Source: Candidatus Eiseniibacteriota bacterium
GTDB lineage: Bacteria; Joyebacterota; Joyebacteria; Joyebacterales; Joyebacteraceae
NCBI GenBank assembly: GCA_043819135.1
Contig: JBDRFG010000033.1
Span: 741 to 64,740, forward strand
DNA: 64,000 nucleotides
Direction of reading: 5' to 3'
The position numbers and the translations under genes are program-made. How positions within the stretch are numbered: the stretch's first letter is position 1; every line of letters begins with the position of its first letter. The notes under the pieces are model-generated. The model made no database searches and was not told the DNA's origin. It was given only the letters and a program-made list of their open reading frames with translations. This document shows positions 26,734-34,253 of this stretch, one piece after another.

Positions 26734-28130
26734 TGTCGCCGGGCGAGCGAATCGACGCAGACAGCGAGCGCGTGTCTCCACTTCTGACGGACACCCACGT
26801 CCACCTCAATCTCAAGGCGTACCGTAAGGACAGGCGCGACGTCATCGCGCGAGCTCGGGACGCGGGTGTCGGGTTCATGATCAACGTTGGCTTCGACCTC
26901 GAGACCAGCCGCGAATCTATCGCACTCGCGGAGGAGCACGAGTTCGTTAGAGCGTCGGTGGGCCTGCACCCTCACGGCGCCTCGGACCTGAACGACAAAA
27001 CGTTTGAACGGTTGTCGGAACTCGCGTCACACCGGACGGTCGTCGCCGTCGGCGAGACCGGGCTGGACTACTACCGAGACCTCTCGCCGAGAGACGATCA
27101 GAGGCGGGCCTTTCGCCGCCAGATCCAACTCGCGCGCGAACTCGGGCTTCCGCTCATCATCCACAACAGGGACGCGCTCGATGACGTTCTGGACATCATC
27201 GAAGACGAGGGCGCGGCCGAGGTCGGCGGTGTGATGCACTGTTTCCCCGGCGACGTCGCGTACGCCGCGAGGGTCGTTGAACTGGGCTTCCACGTGGGAA
27301 TCGGCGGTCCGGTCACGTACTCTGCCGGTGGGCGGCCCGCGCAGGTGGCCGAAGCCGTCCCGCTCAACCGCCTGCTTCTCGAGACCGACGCGCCATGGCT
27401 GACTCCGGAGCCCCACCGAGGCGGGCGGAACGAGCCCTCGTTCGTCACGCTGGTCGCGGAGCGCATCGCGGGGATTCGCGGCATGTCGCTCCCGGACCTG
27501 ACGCGGGCGACGAGCGGCAACAGTACTCGGCTCTTCGGTCTTCCTCCCGTGGCAGAGCCGTCGATAGCGTACGAGATGTGGGGCAACCTCTATCTCAACA
27601 TCACGAACCAGTGCACGAACAACTGCAGTTTCTGCATCAGGAACGCGACAGACACGCTGTGGGGATACAACCTCAAGCTGAGAACCGAGCCCACGGTCGA
27701 TGAACTGATGGCGGCGACAGGCGACCCGAGCCGCTACCACGAGGTGGTCTTCTGCGGCTACGGGGAGCCCACCATGAGGCTCGACGTCGTCATGGAGGTA
27801 GGGCGCCGTCTCAAGGCGCAGGGAGCGAGCGTACGTCTGGACACCAACGGCCAGGGCAGTCTCGTTTGGAACAGGAACATCGCGCCGGAGCTGGCGGACG
27901 CGATAGACGCCGTGTCGGTGAGCCTGAACGCGGCTGACGCGGAGACATACGACCGCGTCTGCGCATCGAGGTTCGGTGGTAACGCCTACGAGCACGTGCT
28001 GGCCTTCGTCAGGGAGAGCGTGAAGGCAGGCATGGACGTGAGCGTCAGTGTAGTCGATGTTCCGGAGATCGACATCGAGGCCGCGCGCCGGGTCGCGCGC
28101 GACTTGGGTGTTCCGCTGAAGGTGCGCTGA
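26733..28130 (+). CDS. TatD-family metal-dependent hydrolase fused to a radical SAM domain
   Basis: The N-terminal ~265 aa is TatD-like (LTDTHVHLN...GETGLDY...HNRDA...ETDAPWL). The C-terminal ~195 aa carries NQCTNNCSFC (CX3CX2C) plus GYGEPT. The GTG start overlaps the metG stop (TAGTG). GTG 26772 is an alternative start. Confidence 0.8.
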   Translation: MSPGERIDADSERVSPLLTDTHVHLNLKAYRKDRRDVIARARDAGVGFMINVGFDLETSRESIALAEEHEFVRASVGLHPHGASDLNDKTFERLSELASHRTVVAVGETGLDYYRDLSPRDDQRRAFRRQIQLARELGLPLIIHNRDALDDVLDIIEDEGAAEVGGVMHCFPGDVAYAARVVELGFHVGIGGPVTYSAGGRPAQVAEAVPLNRLLLETDAPWLTPEPHRGGRNEPSFVTLVAERIAGIRGMSLPDLTRATSGNSTRLFGLPPVAEPSIAYEMWGNLYLNITNQCTNNCSFCIRNATDTLWGYNLKLRTEPTVDELMAATGDPSRYHEVVFCGYGEPTMRLDVVMEVGRRLKAQGASVRLDTNGQGSLVWNRNIAPELADAIDAVSVSLNAADAETYDRVCASRFGGNAYEHVLAFVRESVKAGMDVSVSVVDVPEIDIEAARRVARDLGVPLKVR

Positions 28131-28996
28131 TGGGCGCGGTTAGTCCCACGCAGCCGGCCGTGATGCTGGCGAAGTACGGGCTGGCGCCGTCGAAGCAGAG
28201 GGGACAGAATTTCCTGTCCGACGCCAACGTGACCAGGAAGGTCGTGTCGGCGGTGGGGCTCTCGCCCACCGATATCGTGGTCGAGATCGGACCCGGCTTC
28301 GGGGCGCTGACGTTTGGACTTGCGCAGGCGGCCCGTCATGTGGTTGCAGTGGAGATCGACTTAGGGATAGCACGCGCATTCCGCGACGAGTACGGGGACC
28401 GTGAGGACATCACGCTCGTCACGGGCGATATTCTGGACCTAGACTTCGCGGGTACGGCCGAGCGTTACGGCGTCAACGGGCTTGTGGTTGTGGGCAACAT
28501 CCCCTACAACGTCACGAGTCCTCTCGTCCGCCTGCTGACGGTGGAGCGGGAGCGCGTCTCCAGGTGCCTGTTGATGGTTCAGTCGGAGGTGGGTGATCGG
28601 ATAGCGTCCGGGCCCGGCGAGCGCGACTACTCCGGCCTGTCCGCGGTCACGCGCTATCACGCGCACGTCCGCCGTCTCTTCACGGTGAAGAGGACCTGCT
28701 TCCACCCGAGGCCGAAGGTGGATTCGGGTGTCATCGAGATCGCGTTCGACGGAGACCTGGTACGTCGCAGCGATCCCGGCACGTTCGAGGCCGTCGTGCA
28801 CGCCGCGTTCGGCAAGCGGCGCAAGATGCTCCGACAGTCGCTACAGGAGCTGATGGCCGAGCGGGGGCTGACCGCCTCCGGTCTGGAGGCGACGGCGGGC
28901 ATCGCCCTGTCGCGTCGGGGCGAGACGCTTTCCGTGGAGGAGTTCGACGACCTGGCCACCGCCATTGGCAGTGAAGGATCAGACGATGCCGCGTAA
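28130..28996 (+). CDS. rsmA: 16S rRNA (adenine1518/1519-N6)-dimethyltransferase
   Basis: TGATG coupling to the upstream gene. KsgA motifs are present (KQRGQNFL, EIGPGFGALT, VVGNIPYNVTSP). Confidence 0.9.
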   Translation: MGAVSPTQPAVMLAKYGLAPSKQRGQNFLSDANVTRKVVSAVGLSPTDIVVEIGPGFGALTFGLAQAARHVVAVEIDLGIARAFRDEYGDREDITLVTGDILDLDFAGTAERYGVNGLVVVGNIPYNVTSPLVRLLTVERERVSRCLLMVQSEVGDRIASGPGERDYSGLSAVTRYHAHVRRLFTVKRTCFHPRPKVDSGVIEIAFDGDLVRRSDPGTFEAVVHAAFGKRRKMLRQSLQELMAERGLTASGLEATAGIALSRRGETLSVEEFDDLATAIGSEGSDDAA

Positions 28997-30980
28997 GCTC
29001 CTGCGAGATCTCCTGCCTCTCACGGTCCTCCTGGCCGTGCTTCTTGCCGTCGCGCCCGCCGTGGCGGACGACGAGGAGGGCGACGGGGAGGAACAGGGGC
29101 AGGTCGACGGCGATGAGTCCGAGGAGGAGGCGGACGATGACTCGGCGGAGACTCCCGATAGCACGGCGTTTCAGAACCCGGACGCCAACCAGACCATAGG
29201 GGACGGGGAGCTGCCCGAGGGCTACGTTTGGTCCGGAGAGTTTCATCCCAACTACCGCCTCGAGCACAAGCGCGACCAGGATGTCGCGTCGTGGACCCAC
29301 GGCTTCACGATGAACTACCCGATCAGCCCGACGATCTCATTCAATTCCGGTGCCAACATCAACACTCGATCGAACGACGCATCGAACCGCCTCAGCAGGC
29401 AGGAGACCTGGAATGCCGGTCTCGACATGCGCGTCAGCGGCGCCGTTACTAGCGGCCTGAGATTCCGCAGGACGAAGCACCTTGACATCCAGAACGAGGG
29501 CAAGCCCAACGAGACCAGAAGCTCGCGCGAGAAGGAGTCGGTCAAACTCTCCACATCGTATCACAAGGTTCACATGGATGGTCTCGACGTGACGCTGGGT
29601 GTGACGGCGGGACTTGAGAAGAACAGTTACACCGACGTCAAGAGCAGGGGCGCCACGCAGGGCATCACCGGCAAATTGCTCTACGCGCCCGTAACTGGCC
29701 TGAACACGTCGATCTCGTACGGGGGAAGTCATTCTCTTCTCGATTCGGAGCAGGGCGACCTCGCGAGCACCGATGAATCGATAAGCCACGACCTGTCCAG
29801 CCACGTGGACTACAAGTGGCAGACGCACAACTTCGTCGTGGATGTGCGGAGGTCCGCCGGGCAGCAGGAATACCCGAAACAGGAACAGACCGAGCTCAAA
29901 GAGCGGGAGGGCGAATCCACTTCGATCACGGCCAACCTCCAGCTGCTCGAGAGTCTCTCTGCGAAACTCGCCTTCAACTACTCGCGCAACCAGTTGTACT
30001 ACAGGATCGAACCGACGAGGGACAGCGACATCACGGCACGCGGGGTCGAGGCCCACATTGCCTACAACGTGGGCGAGACGTCGTTCAGGGCGGATCTTGG
30101 ATCGGACCGGAAGAGGAACGAGTACTTCGACACGCAGACGGGCCGGAACTACAGCAACACCCTGACGATGACCATGACGCACGTGTTCCGGGAGGGTCTC
30201 GACGCGTCACTCCGGGGGAGAATGAACCTCCTGTCGGTTCACTACGACGATTTCGAGAACAACGATCAGGACAGAGACCTCTTCGACAGAGAGGCGACCC
30301 TCACGGTGAGCTACAGGGCGAGGAAGGACATCACGACCGGACTGACGGTCAAGGTCAGGGATGACCGGCTCACCTACATCAGGACGTCGCGCACCGGCAA
30401 CAACAAGACCACGCAGAAGTACGCGGTCGAGCCGTTCATCCGGAAGTCGTTCACGCCGCGCTTCAGCGCGAGTCAGAGGTATCAACTCTCGGCCGACTAC
30501 ACGTTCTACCAGTACGACAACGACGCCAACTTCCTTATCCGAAACATGTCCATCACGACCGGCCTCAGCTGGAAGCCTTTCGACCCGCTCGATCTGGGTC
30601 TGGAGCACACCTGGCGCGGACAGGACGAGGGTTCCTACGGCGAGGATGCGTTCGGTGTTGAGGGCTACGGGAGGAACAGCGAACGGGAAGATCATCGGCT
30701 GAGCCTAACATTGAACTACAAGATAGCCGACCAGATATCAATTGAAGTGAGGCAAAGTCTGAGCGTCCAAAACAAGTGGCGGGTCAGCGAGGACGGCAAG
30801 GCGCCCGTGTGGGACAAGTTCGACGCCAATCTCGTCGGGAGGGCGAGCACGGAGTATTCGCTTCCTGACGGGACGACCTTGAACGTGAGCGTCGCCCGGA
30901 CCCATCGCGAAGCCACGAGCATCAGCGAGAGGCAGCGTGAAGTATGGAACATCTCGGCCAATCTCAGTCGCGTCTTTTAG
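28986..30980 (+). CDS. outer-membrane beta-barrel protein, unknown function
   Basis: ATG 28986 (frame of track ORF 28965). Signal peptide ...LAVAPAVA. Acidic D/E-rich linker. Long alternating-hydrophobicity beta-strand pattern. The protein ends in ...NLSRVF, the aromatic C-terminus typical of OMPs. Confidence 0.65.
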   Translation: MPRKLLRDLLPLTVLLAVLLAVAPAVADDEEGDGEEQGQVDGDESEEEADDDSAETPDSTAFQNPDANQTIGDGELPEGYVWSGEFHPNYRLEHKRDQDVASWTHGFTMNYPISPTISFNSGANINTRSNDASNRLSRQETWNAGLDMRVSGAVTSGLRFRRTKHLDIQNEGKPNETRSSREKESVKLSTSYHKVHMDGLDVTLGVTAGLEKNSYTDVKSRGATQGITGKLLYAPVTGLNTSISYGGSHSLLDSEQGDLASTDESISHDLSSHVDYKWQTHNFVVDVRRSAGQQEYPKQEQTELKEREGESTSITANLQLLESLSAKLAFNYSRNQLYYRIEPTRDSDITARGVEAHIAYNVGETSFRADLGSDRKRNEYFDTQTGRNYSNTLTMTMTHVFREGLDASLRGRMNLLSVHYDDFENNDQDRDLFDREATLTVSYRARKDITTGLTVKVRDDRLTYIRTSRTGNNKTTQKYAVEPFIRKSFTPRFSASQRYQLSADYTFYQYDNDANFLIRNMSITTGLSWKPFDPLDLGLEHTWRGQDEGSYGEDAFGVEGYGRNSEREDHRLSLTLNYKIADQISIEVRQSLSVQNKWRVSEDGKAPVWDKFDANLVGRASTEYSLPDGTTLNVSVARTHREATSISERQREVWNISANLSRVF

Positions 30981-31612
30981 GGCGGCCGTCGGGCGGTCCC
31001 GGGGCGCGCGGGAGGGCGGCGGCATGGCTGGCCGCCGCCGCGCTCCTATTCGCCGTGCCCGGCTGCATCTTCAGCCCAAGGGCGCCGGACGGGCCACCGG
31101 ACGAGGGTAACGAGATCCCGTGGGTGACCCCTACGGACACGGACAAGGTGCTCCAGAACCTCTCGGCCGCGCTGGCCGGAGAGGGCATCTCGAACTACAT
31201 GAACTGCTTCACGGACTCCTTCAGGTTCCACGTGGACCCCCAGGACTCCCTGAACGCCGGGGAGGAGGGGGAGGACCGCTACGCCAACTGGACCGTGGAC
31301 GATGAGGGCACGTACGTCGCAAGCGTGTTCCAGGAAGCGGACGTCGGCATCAATGTGACCTTCTCCACGGTGATCGAGCCGGACGAGAGCCAGAACGAGA
31401 CGTACCGCCGGGAGGACTACGAGCTGACCATCGTCTGGCGCCACGGTGACCACCAGCCGGGGGAGCTGGCGGTCTACCGCGGTCAGGCGACGTTCTGGCT
31501 GAGGCGCGACGACACGGAACTCTGGAGCATGTTCATGTGGGTCGACCGCAGGGCGGACAACCCCGGCGGAAGCGACACGTGGGGGGTCCTCAGGGGCGAT
31601 TATCGCGGGTAG
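30944..31612 (+). CDS. hypothetical lipoprotein (paralog A)
   Basis: Lipobox FAVPGC. The only in-frame canonical start is ATG 30944, which overlaps the upstream gene by 37 nt. It shares a motif series with the next gene. Confidence 0.6.
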   Translation: MEHLGQSQSRLLGRPSGGPGARGRAAAWLAAAALLFAVPGCIFSPRAPDGPPDEGNEIPWVTPTDTDKVLQNLSAALAGEGISNYMNCFTDSFRFHVDPQDSLNAGEEGEDRYANWTVDDEGTYVASVFQEADVGINVTFSTVIEPDESQNETYRREDYELTIVWRHGDHQPGELAVYRGQATFWLRRDDTELWSMFMWVDRRADNPGGSDTWGVLRGDYRG

Positions 31613-31654
31613 GCGCCGTTCGGGCGGTGGAGGTCTGCCGCTGCGACGGGTGGC

Positions 31655-31670
31655 AGGCACGGTGCTTGCA
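31655..31670 (+). promoter_or_regulatory. sigma-54 (-24/-12) promoter
   Basis: aGGCACG-gtgc-TTGCA matches (T)GGCACG-N4-TTGCW. It lies 43 nt after the paralog A stop and about 160 nt before the paralog B start. Confidence 0.6.
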
Positions 31671-31758
31671 CGTTGTCCCTGGGCTGGGAACTGCGCGCCA
31701 GGAGGTCGATTAGGCCCACCGGTGCCCCGGCGGAGGCAGGGCCGGACCCGCAGCCTTC

Positions 31759-31787
31759 TTGACTCGGGCCCATGTTCTTGATATAAT
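31759..31787 (+). promoter_or_regulatory. sigma-70 promoter (near-consensus)
   Basis: TTGACT-N17-TATAAT, 43 nt upstream of ATG 31830. Confidence 0.65.
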
Positions 31788-31829
31788 TACTGATTGTGTG
31801 AGTGGGGAAGTAAGGGGAGGTGGCATCAC

Positions 31830-32495
31830 ATGACGAATTCTTCCATCAGAAGGCTGGCGGTGTTCGTGTTGCTGGCCGTGTTGGCTTTCACCCTGAGTGG
31901 TTGCTGGAACCCATTCGCTCCGGACCCCGTTCCACCCAAGCCGGTGGAGCCGGCCGACTACCACCTCCGGCTGACCCCCGAGGACGTCCTCCACAATCTC
32001 CGGACGGCGTACGTCTGGAGGAATTCGGGCGAGTATCTCGACTGCCTGTCCGAGGACTTCGAGTTCTACCCGGATGAAGAAGATGTTCAGAATCCTGATC
32101 TTGAGATTCCCCCGGTATGGTACAAGCCTAACGAGAAGACCATGCACGACAACATGTTCTCTGACGGCTCGGACGTTGAGAGTATCACGCTCACCCTCAC
32201 GATCAGCAGCCTCGTCTACGACTACGGCATTCCCGAGGACCCCCTGGACGACACCTGCGTTTGCCAGGTCGAGGTGGACCTTCGTGTGAACCTCGTCGTG
32301 GGTGTGACCTACCTGGCGACCGCGCCGTCCGAGTTCGACATGCGCAGGGACGTGGACCAGTGGGGCCCCGACGACGAGCTGCTGTGGGAGATCTACGCCT
32401 GGTACGATCTCGGAGACCAGGGACGGGGAGCCGCGTCGCGCGATCCGGAAGTGGAACACGTCTCGTTCAGCGAGCTCAAGAGCCTCTTCCAGTAG
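31830..32495 (+). CDS. hypothetical lipoprotein (paralog B)
   Basis: ATG 31830 follows AAGGGGAGG (the track ORF starts at 31794). Lipobox TLSGC. Motifs are shared with paralog A (TPxDxLxNLxxA...YxxCxxxxFxFxxD...). Confidence 0.7.
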   Translation: MTNSSIRRLAVFVLLAVLAFTLSGCWNPFAPDPVPPKPVEPADYHLRLTPEDVLHNLRTAYVWRNSGEYLDCLSEDFEFYPDEEDVQNPDLEIPPVWYKPNEKTMHDNMFSDGSDVESITLTLTISSLVYDYGIPEDPLDDTCVCQVEVDLRVNLVVGVTYLATAPSEFDMRRDVDQWGPDDELLWEIYAWYDLGDQGRGAASRDPEVEHVSFSELKSLFQ

Positions 32496-32522
32496 CGGTT
32501 CTCTTCTTGTAGTAGAACGGCG

Positions 32523-32556
32523 CAGGGGGCGACCTCACGGTCGCCCCCTGTTTCAT
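32523..32556. terminator. strong hairpin terminator between convergent genes
   Basis: CAGGGGGCGACC-tcac-GGTCGCCCCCTG is a perfect 12-bp stem, followed by TTT on the plus strand. Confidence 0.75.
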
Positions 32557-32637
32557 GTGCGGTAGTGCCGGCGCGTCGGCGGGTCTAGGGCCGCGCGCTC
32601 CACGCTGCCGGCCGTCGGGCCGGCTTGGCGTTTCACC

Positions 32638-34098
32638 CTACTCCAGATAGCCGAGCGACCGGAGCGCCTCTTTCGTCGCCTCGTCCAGTTTCTCCGAGTC
32701 GTCTTCGTGCGGTTCGTCTTCGCGGTCACGCTCGAGTTCCTGGAACCAGGCAGTCAGTCGGACCTCCATGTCATGGCGTGCCCCAGCGTGCGCCTCCGAT
32801 TCTATCAGGTTGATGAGCTCACCGGGGTCGTGCGCGAGGTCGTACAGCTCGTGTCTTTCGTCGCTGCCCCAGATGAACTTCATGTCTCCTCGCGTGATGC
32901 TCCTGATCCTGCGCATGTACGGCTTGAGCAGCGGGCTCTGTCGGAGCTCTTCCTTGCCGTAGCATGACAGGACCTGCGTGGGGTGGTAATACTCGGCGAA
33001 GACCTCACGGTCTTCCGGCACCGCCATACCCAAAAGCGAGTAGCCGTGCGACGGGAAGTCGTCGATGTCGACGCCCGCGATCTCCAGCACCGTCGGAAAG
33101 ACATCGGTCAGCTGCACCGGCACGTCTTTCGTCAAGCCTGCTGGGAAGAGCTCCGGCTGGTGGACGATCAAGGGGATCTTCGTCGTAGTCTCGAAGAGCG
33201 TGAACACGTGGTCCATGTGCGCGTGGTCGCCGATGTTCTCCCCGTGGTCGGAGGTGACCATCAGGACCGTGTCGTCCCACAGGTTCCGCGCGACAAGCTC
33301 GTCGATCATCTCTCCGACCAGATGGTCGGTGTACAGGAGTTCCGCGTCGTAGAGCTCGTTCAGATGCTGGAGTTCGTCCTGCGAGAACGACCTGCGGCCG
33401 GTGTAGTACTCCCTCCAGAAGTTTCTATCGACTCTGATCTCGGGGCGCGTGACGAAGCTGTCGCGGAACTGTCTGGACGAGTTGTAGGGCGAGTGGGGAG
33501 CGATGAGATTCACGAAGATGAGGAAAGGTTGCCCCGGCGCCCCGCCGTCCAGGGCCTTCGGGAAGTCGTCCACCGCCCGCCCGCTTCTTCCCCATGAGCC
33601 CGTGTGCCAGGATTCGTAGTACTCGGAGAAGCCCTGAGCGTAGCCGCGGTCCGACACCAACATGGGATTCTCCACCACGCCGACCGTTCGGTACCCCCGC
33701 TCCGCCAGGACCTCCGCGAAGGTGATGAGGTCCTCGCTCATGTTCCAGTTCTCCTGAGTCACTCCGTGGGAGACCGAGTGCAGTCCCGTGAAGAGCGACG
33801 CGTGGCCGGGTGCCGTCCACGAGCTGGTGGAGTACGCGTTCAAGTAGACGGTCGCCGATTCTGCAAGCCGGGTCAGCCTGGGGGATGTCTCGCGCTCGTA
33901 GCCGTAGCAGGACAGCCTGTCCTGACGCGCCGTGTCCATCACGATGACAACGATGTTCCAGGGGACGTCGCGCGTCCCCGCCGTTCTGCTCGTCGACGTG
34001 ATCGTTGCCACGGGCAGGTCTCTGCGACCGGGCACTACGGCGACTGCCAGCGCAAGAACAAGCGCTCCCAGGAAGAGCAAGGTCAGCTTCCGATTCAC
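32638..34098 (-). CDS. sulfatase-fold (alkaline-phosphatase superfamily) hydrolase/transferase, membrane-anchored
   Basis: Frame of track ORF 32638..34317. GTG 34098 lies 6 nt after GGAGG and gives VNRKLTLLFLGALVLALAVAVV (TM anchor). Metal-site motifs (VVIVMDTARQD, SDHGE) are present. The nucleophile box reads W-T-A-P-G-H instead of C/S-x-P-x-R. Confidence 0.75.
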   Translation of the reverse strand: MNRKLTLLFLGALVLALAVAVVPGRRDLPVATITSTSRTAGTRDVPWNIVVIVMDTARQDRLSCYGYERETSPRLTRLAESATVYLNAYSTSSWTAPGHASLFTGLHSVSHGVTQENWNMSEDLITFAEVLAERGYRTVGVVENPMLVSDRGYAQGFSEYYESWHTGSWGRSGRAVDDFPKALDGGAPGQPFLIFVNLIAPHSPYNSSRQFRDSFVTRPEIRVDRNFWREYYTGRRSFSQDELQHLNELYDAELLYTDHLVGEMIDELVARNLWDDTVLMVTSDHGENIGDHAHMDHVFTLFETTTKIPLIVHQPELFPAGLTKDVPVQLTDVFPTVLEIAGVDIDDFPSHGYSLLGMAVPEDREVFAEYYHPTQVLSCYGKEELRQSPLLKPYMRRIRSITRGDMKFIWGSDERHELYDLAHDPGELINLIESEAHAGARHDMEVRLTAWFQELERDREDEPHEDDSEKLDEATKEALRSLGYLE

Positions 34099-34253
34099 AG
34101 CATGCCTCCATGACGCTGGAGCTCGGTGCGTTGCATCCACTGTTAGCAGTATACGGCGGGGAGAGAGGCTGTCAAGTCGCCCGGAAGGGGAGTCCGCGAC
34201 GCCTCGCCACGAGTGCTTGACTGTGCACGCGAGGGGCGCGATAGTTACGGACA

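Noticed and set aside
24694-26781. 695-aa ORF on the minus strand. Similar long antisense ORFs occur at 1384-2583, 9094-10239, 15272-16210, 27027-27995, 39788-41548 and 46979-48553.
   Set aside because: Each lies antisense to a gene with unmistakable conserved motifs (metG, ompA-like, moxR, mfd, tatD fusion, secDF, coiled-coil gene). The translations are Arg/Pro/Gly/His-rich low-complexity sequence typical of the stop-poor antisense frame of GC3-rich genes.
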